Positions 33,092 to 48,313 of a stretch of 64,000 bases of DNA are shown here, in pieces. This DNA comes from Octopus vulgaris (Eukaryota). A program made the translations under genes and the position numbers. The stretch's first letter is position 1. Each line of letters opens with the position of its first letter. The DNA lies in the NCBI GenBank assembly GCA_951406725.2, contig OX597816.1:45570001-45634000 (forward strand). Direction: 5' to 3'. The notes beneath the pieces are model-generated. The model was not told where the DNA came from and did not search any database. It saw only the letters and a program-made list of their open reading frames with translations.

Positions 33092-34608
33092 CAGCATTAG
33101 AGGATAAAATTCTACAGGACATCAACAACATCTTTGTTCATTTTATGCTGTTCTTTTTAAACCTGTACATTTTGATCTGTTTTGTTTTATTATTTTTTCT
33201 CACTTCTTTCTTAAATAAAAAGGTCCAAACCGGAAAAAAAAAAAATTTTTTTAATGGTCGGGGGTGGGGTGGGGGGTGAAAAACATTGCGAAAATTAATT
33301 GAAAAAAAAAAAAAAAAAGATTATTATAATTACCTTTCCAGGTAAAGAATTTTTGAAATGCAAGGAATTTCTGTAAAATCTGAGAAAACACACTTCAGAA
33401 TACCTTCACTAAATGTTACTGTTTTGAAATGTTGGCCCGGTTATATTTAATATTAAAAGAAAAATTAGTGTCCAGCTGGATATATTATTATCATTATTAT
33501 TACTATTATTATTATCATTATTATTGTACATGTTTTTGAAACTGTCCAACCAATTTTAACATTTTTCTCAAATTTTTTTGTTTTTGTTTTTTTTTTTAAA
33601 GGGTCTTACTGAATTGTGTCAATTGTTTAGTAGTTTATTTTTAAAGACTATGTTGTAATTAAGAAGAGGTGGAAGAAAAATTAATACGCTCGAATGACAA
33701 TGAGGATGATGATTAATGTAAAATTAAAGTGGAAGAAAAAAGAAATATGCTTCAATGATGATGATGATAATGTGAATAATCATGCTAATAGTATAGTTAT
33801 ACTAGTAGTAATTATAATAGTAATAATAATAGTAATAGTAAAAAGAGAACAGTAATAACAACAACAGATTTGGGTTTGAGCTTCAAGATTAGGTACCCTC
33901 TTACTTGAGCAATATCTGATCTGATTAATCTATCGGATCAGATTAGTGAGGTCTTGCCATCACATGACCTCCCCCATTTGGTACCATTGCCTCTAATTTA
34001 CTTTCAAAAAGAAAACCAAAAATCTATCTTCTGTTCTTAAGTGTTTGATTTCATTTTCTTTCTTTTTTTTTTAACTTCTTATTTTCCTTGATTTTTTAAT
34101 TTTTTTTTTTTAATTTTAACTTTTTCTTTTCGTTTTAAAATTTAAAAAAAATTATAATGAAAAAATAACTTTAAATTAAAAAAAAAAGTGGGAGAGAGAG
34201 AGGATGAAAAAAAAGGAAACGGAAGAATGGTAGAAGGTCAAGTAAAAAAAAAAACACATGGAAAATTATAAAACAACTCTAGATGATGAGAATGGAAGAA
34301 TGGCTGCCCCAGTCCAACCTCAAAATGGAAAACAAAAATTATCTATTAAGAATTGTTGCAAAACAGCTCAGCTTTGCAGAATTCCCCATATTGTACTCAA
34401 AGTAACACAGTAAAGGACTTTTATTGTTCGTTGCATTAACTGCCCATAGCTTTTTTCTTTTCTTTTCCATTTTTTTTTTTGTCACATTTTTGTAAAATAC
34501 AATTTACATCAATTCATAGTGGTTATGGTTTAATTTTTTTTTTAAATCTTAAATTTCACTTCTTTTGTGAAGTCACATCCTCACCAAAACCTATTCTCAA
34601 GAACAGGG

Positions 34609-34627
34609 ATATATATATATATATACA

Positions 34628-34672
<45 letters not shown>

Positions 34673-34742
34673 GTACATATGCATATACATATACACACAT
34701 ATGTACATATGCATATACACACATACATATATATATATACAC

Positions 34743-34789
<47 letters not shown>

Positions 34790-34850
34790 TACACTTTTAT
34801 GCATATGTATATGCACACATGCATATCGGTATATGTGTGTTGTATGTATA

Positions 34851-34892
<42 letters not shown>

Positions 34893-34927
34893 CACACATG
34901 CATACATATATACAGACACACATACAT
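34609..34927. repeat. Compound (TA)n/(TG)n/(CA)n microsatellite
   Basis: Direct inspection. Confidence 0.97.
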
Positions 34928-35412
34928 TTTTGTATAAGTAAAAAGGTTTAACAAATTTCAACTTATATAAAAAGGAAAAAAAGTAACATGTAATGATGTG
35001 TGTGGATGGGGGTAGAGTGAAAGGTTCTACTCAGTGGGGAAGAGAAGGAGGGGGTTGAAAATGATTTTGTAATTAACGTTTTTTTTTTTTGTTTATTTTT
35101 GGTTTTATGAAATGGAAGCCCGCCAAAATAACAAGTTTGAAGTGGGAGGGAGCAGGAAGAAATTCATCAAAAAAAAAAAAAAAAAAAGAAAAATTTAATG
35201 AAATGACAGTACAATTTGGGATTGACAAAACATGATATTGAGAAATATGGAAAAACATTGATAGAGCATGAAGAAACAGAGGAAAAAATGTTAAGTTGTA
35301 TCATCAAGTAGGCTATGTAAAATGAAAAAGAAAACAAGTTTATACATACATATATACAAACGCATAGATAGATAGAGACACACATTATAGAAGACAGTAA
35401 AAAAAAAAAGTT

Positions 35413-35487
35413 GGAACATTGCCTACGGGGGATCAAACCTCATGCCTTCTGTAAGCCATAGTCATGCTAACCACTACACCAAAGTGA
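35413..35487 (-). pseudogene. Degenerate tRNA-like sequence (tRNA pseudogene or SINE head)
   Basis: Minus strand tggtgtagtggttagc (A box) ... gaggtttgatcccc (B box). The stems do not form a cloverleaf. Confidence 0.4.
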
Positions 35488-37779
35488 CATCCCAACTTTA
35501 ACCTTCCAAATTAGGAGCCTTAAACTAACTAGGTAAGATTTCTCATAGTAGCAACCTGTTAACAGAGAACTCAGTTTATGCTTTATATAAAGTTATACAC
35601 ACAGCTAGCTATACATACATACATACATACCCATCTGTACACATGCACATATAGTAGAGTTTACTATGACATATATAGTGAAGAATATTAATACACACAC
35701 ATTACTTTTTGTTTTCCTTACACTTCTTCAAATATTGGTTCCTAGAGGAATTATACTAACATAAATGAGATATCAAGATGTTTACAATAGATCCAGAAAA
35801 ACTTCGAGAAATATATGTATGTGTGTATGTGTATAATCAATACATAATATATATATATATATATATATACACATATTTTCACAGAATACATGTTTTTGGT
35901 GTTACAGATTTGGTATTTCCTTGGCAAAGTTCCCTTGCCAAAGGTCATTCTGATTTAAGAAGAGTACTTTTCAGTATAATATGTAGGTCTTTAATGTAAT
36001 ATACATCCTCCCAGCCCTCAAAATCATTTCTGATATGAAGATATCAAAATTCAGTAGTCGTGTGCTAACTGTTGTTGAAACAAAGATAAAGATACTATAA
36101 TGAATAAAAAAAAAAACATTTGATGAAGATCATAGAATGATAAAGATATAAAGCTTTATATATTGAAGGAAGCATAATATAGTTGATCACAAAGTGATTA
36201 AATTATTTAACAGTTTTACCCAAATTAAAATACTAAAAAATCTTATGTTCAAAAATAAAGACTATTTTGTTGTTTTTTTTAAGAAAGTAAACACGAATAT
36301 GAAACAAGTTTCAGGAGAAGACTGGAATTGAACTTATACCAACCACCACAAAGTTTGAAGTTTTATGCCATAGGATAATGCCAGCAGCTGTAAATCCAAA
36401 CGTGTCCTCTTCACATAATTAGTTTTCAAATTCAAAGAAGTGTAATTTAAAGTGAACAAAATGAGTGTTATAAACCTAGAAAATGTCATCTCTACGTATT
36501 GTCTGTGAATATCAGAATAGATTTAAATCCTAGTCAGATACATTGAAACCTAAATTGATAACTTGTTCATGTCATCTGAAATAATATAATGATAATTATT
36601 TAAATAAGAACTATCAACACCTGAATAATCAAAATGTTAAATTCTTGATCTTATAGGTTCCAAATCTAAGCATTCTTACTTGAAATAGATGATAGTTCCA
36701 GACATATTTTAGTAAAATATTTCTTAATTCAAGGAAAAAAGTAGAATAAAATTAAGACAAAATTACTCAAGCATAAAACTTTGAAATCAATCTGAAAATG
36801 TTTAACAAGTGTTGTATTTTCTCTTGAAGTCGGCTGTTTTCTTATAAAGAAGTCAGTGCTAAATACGACTCTTGATTAGCAGAACACCATAAATCTTCCA
36901 TTGGGAAGATGTCAAGTAAACTATAAAAACTGGTACTTATTTTAATCAACAAACAGAAAAATGAAAGTGAAAGTTGACCCTGGCAGATTTCATAACTTTT
37001 TTTAACATAATGTAAAAGAACATAAAATACTTAATTTCTACTATCTCTGTACTAAATGACACCCTTATGATAAACACTTGAATGGTACCACCCTGAATAT
37101 AAACAATAACTACTTAAAATTTTTTTTTTTTTTTTTACTTGTGCACAAGGCTTGTTTCTTTGTAAGGAAAGGATCTACAGTCAATCTATTCAAATTTGAT
37201 TTTGTAAATATTTTAATAGTAACACTATGGAAGGATATTGTGCTGAAACTGTTTTGGTCACATTTAAATGGGGATCTGTAAAATGCCTTAACCTGCTGCC
37301 AACTTCACACAGATATACAGTAAGAAATAATCTGGAGATAATTTTTCTTTTGAGCATCTTTGCAGTTTGCAGGTTTAATCCCCAATCCAACATTTGAAGC
37401 TAAGATACTAATTACTATTATTGGAAGACTTTGGGGGAGAAATGCCTGCATTCTCTACATCCATAATGTACTTACCAATGAGAAAAACACAAACCAATTT
37501 ATGTTTTAAATACAAAGAGAGTGAAAAAAATAAAAGCATTACTAAAACAAAATGTAGGGAGAAGTGATTTAACTCAAATTTTATCCTACTAAAACAAGAG
37601 AAATCCAAATTTTGCTTACAGGGTTATAGGAGGCCCCCATATTGCACTATCACTGGAGATGCTACCTCACTGAATTATGAGAGTATCATGCAACAAAGCT
37701 GGCCCTTGAGTTACAGATACACACCATTAGATAGATTTCCATAGTTTCCCCATACCCAACTTGATTCACAGACACATAC

Positions 37780-37816
<37 letters not shown>

Positions 37817-38667
37817 GAAAGAGTGAAACTTACAGAGATACCTTGAGTGGAGAACACATGACATTAATGAGGTTGCAGATGGCAACAAAAGGCTCTCATG
37901 AACCTCAAACAATTGATGAGTTAACTGGTTAACTAGATGACTAATTATAGCTTTAAAAAAGTGAAATAGAACCAGTGTGTGTGTGCTTATTGGAATAATG
38001 ACCCTCCCAAGACAACAAATTTTGTTTCAACATACAATTTCACATCAAGAATCTTGCAAACTAAATACAATAGTGAAATATATAATCCATAATTGTTAGT
38101 CCAGCAAAACATTCTGTCAGACTAAATATGGATTAAATATTTTTTATTCACTCTCAGACATATCTTAATAATAATGAATTTATTCTATAGAGTGGTCAGG
38201 TGCACTACAGGTTCTTTATTCAAAGTGGCTAGAAATAGCTTCTTTTGAACTTGTCAACCCTGGAATATCATCATTTAACGTCCCCTTTTCCATGCTGGCA
38301 TGAGTTGGACAGTTTGAGAACAGACAAGCCAGAGGACTCTGCCAGGATCTATGTCTGCTTTAGTATGCTTTCTACAGCTGGATGCTCTTCCTAATGCCAA
38401 CCATTTAACAGAGTATTCTGGGTGCTTTTTACATGGCACCAACACACACACACACACTTACAGAAAGGAGTAGTTAAATAAAATATTTGTCAGCATATCC
38501 AAGTAAAAACTGCTCATTATGCCAACTTCTCAGTAGGGAGAGAATAGGAAAAGAAAGAATTTGTAGGTTTTAGCAAAGAGCAAAAGAGATATAAGTGGTG
38601 GTGGTGCTGGTGGTGGATGTAAAAAGTGAAGAATCTCAATAATCATCACCACATATACAAGAAATAA

Positions 38668-39075
38668 TTTTTCTATTATAGGCACAAAGCCTGAAATTTT
38701 GGGGGAGAGGCAGTGACCCCAATTTTATCAACCCTGAAATGATGAAAGGTAAAGTCATCCTCAGTGGAATCTGAACTCAAAATGTAAAAATGGGTGAAAT
38801 ACCTATTTCTTTACTACCCACAAGGGGCTAAACACAGAGGGGACAAACAGGAACAGACAGTCGGATTAAGTCGATTACATTGACCCCAGTGTGTAACTGG
38901 TACTTATTTAATCAACCCCAAAAGGATGAAAGGCAAAGTCGACCTCAGCGGAATTTGAACTCAGAACGTAGTGGCAGACAAAATACTGCTAAGCATTTCA
39001 CCCGGCGTGCTAACGATTCTGCCAGCTCATCGCCCTTTGCCAGTCCAGTGCAGTAACAATTCTGCCAGTACACTG
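38668..39075 (-). mobile_element. Young SINE B (38803-39033) nested in an older SINE B-variant copy
   Basis: The older copy is interrupted at gaaatac and resumes after 39035. Confidence 0.75.
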
Positions 39076-39424
39076 CATTATAATCAGGGAATAACAGCAA
39101 AATTATCTAGGATCTGGAGAGAACTATCGATATATGTAGGTATGGCAGGTTTGCATACATGCGGGTATATTAGTATCTTTAACCATAGGACAGGTAATTG
39201 GAAGGAGTTACTCAGTTAATTGCACAGTGAAGAACATACATCAGTATCAGTTGTATTAATAACTAAGGCTTGATATAGAAAATATATCTAAAAATTAAAG
39301 AAAAAGGCTCCAAACAACAACAAAAAAAAAGCAATTCTTAAAAAAACATCAGGAAGATAAAATTCCAAATAATACAGGACAACAAGGATGACTAAATCAA
39401 TCAAAATATGTAAAATGTAGTGCC

Positions 39425-39482
<58 letters not shown>

Positions 39483-40227
39483 GTGATGATAATACTTTCT
39501 GCTTTGGCACAAGGCCTGAAATTTGGGGTGGAGAGCACTACTAAATTACATCGATCCAAGTGCCAGACTGGTACTTAATTTATCAACCTGAAAAGAATGA
39601 AAGACAATGTCAACTCTGGAGAGAATTGAACTCAGAATGTAAAGATGGACAAAATACTGCTAAGAATTTTGTCCAGCATGCTAATGATTCTACCAGCTCA
39701 CTGCCTTATTAATAATAATAATCCTTTCTACTATAGACTCAAGACCTGAAATTTAGGGGACGGGGCTGGTCGATTACATCAACCCCAGTGTTCAATCTGT
39801 ACTTATTTCATCAACCCCAAAAGGATGAAAGGCAAAGTTGACCTCGCCAGGATTTGAATTCAGAATGTAAAGACAGACAAATAATAACACAATATTTTGT
39901 CCTGTATGACTTAAGAAATTCTTAAAAAATGTAATGCAAAATGAAAATATAAATTTTTTTAAATACTAAAGGAAGACATAGGTAATGAAATAAACGACCC
40001 AATCATTTACATAGGATTAGATATATTATAATATTTGGCAATGGGAATTTCTGGAAGATAGGTGAGAAGAAAAATATAATACATAAGTTGTAAGTGTGTA
40101 GAAGTTTATGCATATTATCTGGAGTATTTTTGGGTTACATTACAACTTTTCCAAATTTTCAGTTAATGAATCAAATATTTGGCCATGCTCATGTACGCTT
40201 GCAACTGAAAAATAATCCAACTATTAA

Positions 40228-40269
<42 letters not shown>

Positions 40270-40399
40270 AACGGCAACGAGAAACTCAGAGTAACAGATT
40301 TTGTTGAATTTTCTGCTGCTTAAAATAAAGCATATTACTCTACCACTGGTATTTGATTACTCTTTTTTCCACCTTGTTTCACATTTATGTGTTTACTCC

Positions 40400-40438
<39 letters not shown>

Positions 40439-43400
40439 CTGTATTATTGTACTGAGTCATTTTTTGTTGAATTTTCTTTAGTCATTATATATATATAAAT
40501 ATATATATATATATAAGGAATAGTAAATAAAAAAAAAATTAATAATACTTAAAAATAAGAAGTTCAAAATATAATTTTTAATAGCATCGTTCATTTACTC
40601 ATTCTTTATATTTAACCATTATATATATTTCTGTATCCATGCACTTGCAGGTAAGTAATGAATACTTTGTATGCTATTCTTTATGTGAGTAGTAGAACTG
40701 CTGTGAAGTTGGTACACAGCCAATTCATTTGTCCTGCATCTATTTCTAAAAGAGTTAAATACTTTTACTAAACACTAATAATAGTGCATATTCATAACTG
40801 GATATAATCCACTAGATACAGGAAGACTGAAAATTAATTTATCTAAATGAAATAGTAGTATATATGATGTTATATGCAGAATTACAATTAGTTTTGAAAT
40901 TAATCTAGATGTTATTATCACGCTTTGTATGTCTGATGATATACGGATGGAAAAATTCTGCTAAAAAATAATTTATTTCTACACTGAAATAACTAAAAGA
41001 TTATAAATATACACATATTTATGTGTGCAGTACTGATGATCAGAGAGTGAGAGCAACTTTGGATGCAAGCAAGAGAAAATCATTTAAGAACCTAAAATAA
41101 TATTTTCTAATTTACATCATGTTTTCTACGGAAATTAGTTGATATATATCCATAAGTAACTAAAATATAGAGAAGACTAATGACTTATAAACAATATTAA
41201 AACTTTCAAAAATTCTCGACCCTTCCCTTACAAACAATCAGAGTCATCTCTGATGGTAAATATAACAAAATTCTGTGATACATAACATTTTAATCATTAC
41301 TACATTGAATTAACTAAAAGACTAAATATACAGGTGTCTGTGTTCACATGACTGGGAGACACCAACAAATGTATTTCTGGTTATCAACAAATGAAAACAG
41401 AGCAAACATCTAAACTAGATTTTATACCCGAAATTTCAATACAACATATGCATAGCTGATATATTATTTGAGTGCCTTGTCACTTCAACTAGTTACTTGG
41501 TGCCAGTATCCTGCAAATATCGAGCGGGGGAATTATCTGCTAAGAAAGCTATGTCACAAATTTTGAAAGCTTTAATCCACCCCCTAATTGGATTAAAGGA
41601 TGAGGTGGAATTGTAAAGGGGGTGGCAGTATAGTTTTTGCATTTTCCTCTGTTTCGAGAAACACATTAACCATGGAAACCAGTGCAAGGTTTGGAAACCT
41701 TACAGGATTTACGAAATTTCTCAGTCCTGTAAGAGTTTTCCCGTTTTATGGTGGTAAGTTCCTACACACAGGAGGGAAGATCATTCTTATATGAGATGAG
41801 AATCATATGGCATGGAAGGAGAAAATGGCAGTAAATGCTTTGTAAGTATCTTAATAAATAGTTTAAGAGAGAATATTGCACTGAAATGGGGTGGGGGATT
41901 GAAATGGAATCAAGAGAATTAGAGTTAGATTGCATGAACATCTCTAAGTGTTAAGAATTTGGCAGTGAAAATATTCTTTGCTAGCTGAAGTGAGCTGAGC
42001 AAATTTATTTACTCAATATTTTTACATTTTCCTCTAAACACAAGGACAATTTTTATTATTTATTTTTTTTTTTGCTGTTTTCCCACAGAAGGGTTGTAGT
42101 CACTGAAAACAAGTATAGTATATTACCGGTATTAATTGTATTGACCCAGGAAAGATGAAAGACAAAGTTTGACTCCAGAAGAAAAAAAAAACAAAAAAAC
42201 AAACAAATGATATATGCTATTGTAATTATTCCATTGACTAACATTTCTGCCAAATTATATGTCTTATTGTTAAAATCAATACTGGAATATTATAAATTCA
42301 ATAAAAATTAAATTTTAGATACCTTACACTTCCTGCAGTTCAACAGGTAGAAATTGCGAGATAAAGGAAAATAAATATTAGTGGCAGTTGTTGTCATTGT
42401 TTAACTCACCCAGGACAATTTTGATTGAGTAAACCTATTATCGAAGATTTCCAACCATGACCAACCCATGTTTATAGAACTATAATATTCAATATACTCA
42501 CTGTTTAAGATAGTGGGATGTAATTTAGGAGATCTGGCTGAAACTTCTTACAGGTCAAGCAACCACAAAAGTGCTACATCCATCAGGAGATTAAATATAA
42601 GCGACAGAATATGTTTCAGTTATGATGAATTTGTACAGCCTGAACCATAGTGGTTTTACAACAGAGATTATATGGGGAGAAATAGTTTAAACATTCAAAA
42701 CTTAATAAGCCATTTAGAATCTTCACCAGGTATGAATAAGCCCTTGGCACCATATTTATTAACTCAGCTATAGAAATTTCTCAAAATTATTTCCTTTATA
42801 AATGTTGTAAAAAAATAAAAAAAAAAAAAAAAACAGGTGTTGAACTATTTAACATAATTTAGTTGAAAATGTTGAATCCTGCCCCCCCACCCATTTCCTG
42901 ACAGATGATAATTTACAAAACAACACAAAATTCTTGGATGCCAAACTACACAACACCTCTTCCTTGTTATGAACTCTCTGAAGTGATCTAAATCAAAAAA
43001 AAAGTTCATATCTAAATTAAAGTTTCTGACCAAAATCTCATAACAATATAAATGTAAGAAAAATCTTTCAAAAGTTTTATGCCAGAGCCGTTAGTTACGT
43101 AGCATTCCAAACACCAGTTTCACACCTGAATGCATGCGTTAAAAAAAAAAAAAGCATTATATTACTAAACCCCTCCAAATTCTTGATTATTTCAAAAGTT
43201 AATTCACTCATATAAACAGATTATTCTTGTAAGAAATATGGTCACAAAGAGGATTGAAATAGTAAGAAAAGTGAAGGTAGATAATGAGTAAAACAAATGA
43301 GTAAAAAGAAATTAACGAACACATATGAACAACAGTAATGGGTACGCAATGTTTAACAATATTTAAAAAATGTGCATCAGTATTTTAAATTATGTGCGCG

Positions 43401-43569
43401 TGAGATTGCCTTTAAGGGCATTTCTTTGAATGAGCTGCATAGATGAACTACAGATTTTTCAAGAAAGTGATATCAGTAGTAATAGAAGAAACAACAAGAA
43501 AGAACAAAAAAAATAATTGACCAAAATGAGAGGATCAAACATTCAGCTGAAAAACAAATAATAATAATA

Positions 43570-44801
43570 TTCCTTTCTACTATAGGCACAAGGCCAGAAA
43601 TTTGAAGGGAGGGGGAAAATCGATTACATTGATGCCAGTGCTCAACTGGTATTTATTTTATCGACCCTGAAAGGACGAAGGGCAAAGTTGACTTCAGCGT
43701 AATTTGAACTCAGAACTTAAAGACAAATAAAATTTGCCCAATGTGCTAATGATTTTGCCAGCTCACCACCTTTATAATAATAATAATAATAATAATCCTT
43801 TCCACAATAAAGGCAAGGCCTGATGTTTTAGGGAGAGGTCTAGTTGATCACTCAACGCCAATGTTCAACTGATACTTCAAAAGGGCAAAAAGCGAAGTCG
43901 ACCTCAGCAGAATTTGAACACAGAATGACAAAATACCACTAAACATTTTGCCCAGCATGCTAACAATTCTGCCAGTTTGCCACCTTTATAATAATAATAG
44001 TTTCTGATTTAGGCACAAAGCCAGCAATTTTGAGAGGAGAAGTTGATATTGATTTCAGTACTTAACTGGTACTTAATTTTATCAAACTCCAGCTCATGTG
44101 TTTAAGTATTTTTTCCTGACACTAACAATTCTGCCAGTTTGCTACCTTAATAATAATAATAATAATGGTGATTTCTAATTTAGGCACAAAGCCCAATGTC
44201 TGGGGGAGGCCACAGATGATTATAAGAAATCCCCCAGTATTTGATTGGTACATTGTTCTAGTAACTATGGATAGTTGAAAGGCAGAGTTGGCTCAGGCAG
44301 GATTTGAACCAAGAATATCAAGAGACATAACTGAATACCTGGAGGCATTTGATCTGGTGCCCTACCAATTCTGCCACCTATCATCTAAACAATAATAATA
44401 ATAATAATAATCTTTTACTATTTTTTTAAACTGATTTCTAACATTGGCACAATGTAACAATTTGTAAAGAAGGGATTTTTTTTTTTTTTTGAGACGACTA
44501 AATTAATCTCAGCACATAAAGGGAAACATCTAAATACTACAATGTAATTAAGACCAGCACTAACTTTTGACACTCTACTGCCTCCCCTATAATAAAAAGG
44601 TTTTCCAATTTTTAGCACAAGGCCAGCAATTTAAGGGAGGGAATAAGTCAATTACATCGACCCCCAGAGTTTAACGCTACTTATTTTATTGACCCCCAAA
44701 AGAATGAAAGGCAAACTCAACTTTGGTGGAATTTGAACTCCAAATTAAGCATTTTGTCCAGTGTGCTAACAATTCTGCCAGCTCACCACCTTAATAATAA
44801 T

Positions 44802-44849
<48 letters not shown>

Positions 44850-45445
44850 CACAACAATAATAAATGGTTTGCAAGATATGCAAGAAATCAGGATGTTTTA
44901 ATGGATCGGAATGGATATAGAGAAATTAACAAATTTCCTCTAAGTATTAACGAGTAAGGCAGAGATTTTGAAATGGCAGTCATGGACTTATTTGGATTGC
45001 CAAAAACTTACAACTGTAATCAATAATAATCGTTTCTAATTATGACACAAGGCCAGCAATTTTTATGGGGAAAGGGCTAATTTGTTACATCAAGCTTCAG
45101 TATTTGAATAGTAGTTTATTTTATCAACTCCAAAAGGAAGAAAAGCAAAGTTAACGATGGTGAGAGTTGAACATAGAAACAAATACTGGAAGATATAATT
45201 TTACGAATCCATCACCAATGACAATAATAATAATTCTAATTATTTCTTGTATAGACCCAAGGTCAGAAATGGGTCGGGGGTTAGGCATTTACATCAGCCC
45301 CAGGTTTTGACCAGCTTTTTTTACTTATTTTATCAACTTCAAGAAGAATGTAAAGCTAAGCTGACTTTGATAGGATTTGAACTCGGGACATAGAGTCATA
45401 ACTAAATACTGCAAGGCATTTTGCCCAATGCTCTAATTGATTCTA
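43570..45445 (-). repeat. Head-to-tail cluster of about 7 diverged SINE B-variant copies separated by (AAT)n
   Basis: Repeated ggcacaaggcc...actggtacttattttatc...gaaaggcaaagttgac...tttgaactc...ctgccagctc units at about 43570, 43796, 44000, 44170, 44600, 45030 and 45245. Confidence 0.85.
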
Positions 45446-47261
45446 ATAATAATAATAATAATGATGGCTGTGATGCTGTAATTTTTCTCATACCAATTTG
45501 CTTGCATGCAGTTTAGAGCCAAACAGCATCATACTAAAAAGATGTTCTTGGTGATAAAAATAAATAAGTAATATGCAAAGGAATCTAAATACAATTTAAA
45601 CAATAAATATACAGTATGACATTCAGAGATGAAGAAATAATTATTTTGATTTAATTATGACACATGCACTCACAAAGATCAATGTTCTTTGAGAAGAAAA
45701 AAACACCAGAAACTGTCCCTGGTTTTATGAGACAAACATTCTATTTTAAAGTGACCTAAATTAAAACCTTCCTTAAAAAATTTCATGTTTTAATATTTTG
45801 TTCTAAATATCAACTTAATAATGACAGTGTTATTTTTCTAAATATTTCATTATTTTCAAAATTATTTGAAACAAATTCAACACACATCAACAGAAATATG
45901 GTAACAAAAAGGTTATATTCCTAAAACTTGCATCAAAATCCCATTCAAATCATACCCATACCATCATAAGAATAGGAAAGATACACTAGGTAAATGTAAA
46001 AGAAGGGATGGTCAAGGTAGGAATACATTTCATCAAAGGTCTGTTCAATTAAGGATTCACTAGGGGAGTAAACAACAACCTATAATTTTCTAACTTAGAA
46101 ATTCAGAAAAAAATTTTGTTCATTAAATACGTATTCTAAGTGAGGAAAGAAAAAGACAGAAAAATCATAAAAACAAACATAAGTAGACTATAATGATTAA
46201 AAAATCTTAATAGGTGCTGAGACAAGAGAGAATGAAGGAAAGAGAGAAAAGAAGGTTATCATCAAAATCTTAATTTTACAACCTATCTACCTCTTCTCTA
46301 CAATGTAGGTGGAAATTAGATAAATGACAAAGGAACAGGAAATTATGCAATATACTTCACTGGCTTACAGTTGTTTCTGCCATATGATGCGTCTCATTTT
46401 AAAAGCTCCAAAGAAGTTATAAGGTGATACATAAGCACTCAGCTCTCAGTGCACTGCTTCTTATGTCAGAAACAGCTGTAAGTTCACTGAACAATTTCTT
46501 GTTTCTTTCTCATTTATTCAGTTTCATATTACACTCTGTATTCAACTAATGCTTTTCTCTGAAGCATATGTATATTGAGTTCTAACATTAGGTTATTACT
46601 ATCGCTATGCCTGAGCAATATAATAACATATTAAATGTCTAAACTCTGAAGATGATGTTAAAACTTTCAAAAATTATATTTTTTGTTTTAACAATAAATC
46701 ATTTTGGAAATGTAGCCATCATTAATGAAAAATTAATGATGTTAACATCAAATGTTCACAGACACCATATTTTGTCAAACTAAACTTTTTTTTTTTTACT
46801 TGGTGGGTTTGGGGGGGGGGTAGTACCCATGGTATTTAGAAAGAAAAATACGGAATGTGCAAAGACATCAAATTATGTTTTTAGTAGAAAGAAAAGTTTC
46901 AAAAATGTCACTGAATGTGGGTTTTATGTATGTATGTGTGAGTATATATATATATATATATACATACATACACACACACCAACAACAATAACTACAAAGT
47001 ATATGTGTGTATATATATATATATGGATTTCTTTCTAACTTTTTTCTCTTTTGGAATATACTTATATTCTTAACATCTGTCATTCCTCCTCCCCACCAAT
47101 ATTAATGGTGGGGAGGAGGAATGACAGATGTTAAGAATTATGGTATGAAGGTATCAAACTGAAATGTGTATATGAAAGAAAGATGGTAGAAATGGAATGA
47201 GGTGTGATTAAAGAGAGAGAGGTGGTGGTGTATTTGTGTTTGAACGAATGAAGGACATGGA

Positions 47262-47263
47262 AT

Positions 47264-47294
<31 letters not shown>

Positions 47295-47436
47295 CATATA
47301 TACATACATACATACATATATACATACATACATACATATATACATACATACATACATACATACATACATACATACATACATACATACATACATACATACA
47401 TACATACATACATACATACATACATACATACATACA

Positions 47437-47468
<32 letters not shown>

Positions 47469-47515
47469 CATACATACATATATACATACATACATATATA
47501 CATACATATATACAC

Positions 47516-47548
<33 letters not shown>

Positions 47549-47935
47549 CATACATATATATATACATACATATATATATACATACATATATATATACATA
47601 CATATATATATACATACATATATATATATACATACATATATATATATATACATATATATATACATACATACATATATACATACATACATATATATACATA
47701 CATACATACATATATATACATACATACATACATATATATATACATACATACATATATACATACATACATATATATATACATACATACATATATATATACA
47801 TACATATATATATATATACATACATATATATATATATACATACATATATATATACATACATATATATATATATACATACATATATATATACATACATATA
47901 TATATACATACATATATACATACATATATACATAC

Positions 47936-47966
<31 letters not shown>

Positions 47967-48275
47967 CATACATATATATATATACATACATATATATATA
48001 TACATATATATATACATACATATATATATACATACATATATATATATACATACATACATATATACATATATATATACATACATACATATATACATATATA
48101 TATATATGCATATATATATACACACATATATATACATACATATATATATATACATATATATATACACATATATATACACATACATATATACATATATATA
48201 TATACATATACACATATATATACACATATATATATACACATATATATATACATATATATATACACATATATATAT

Positions 48276-48311
<36 letters not shown>
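47262..48311. repeat. ~1.05-kb compound (TACA)n/(TA)n microsatellite
   Basis: Direct inspection. It explains the 350-410-aa YI/YM/VC pseudo-ORFs. Confidence 0.99.

Positions 48312-48313
<2 letters not shown>

Noticed and set aside
40264-40296. TGATGA...GAAACTCAGAGTA hammerhead-like words
   Set aside because: The 5' side is replaced by (TA)n and stem II does not pair; too degenerate to call.
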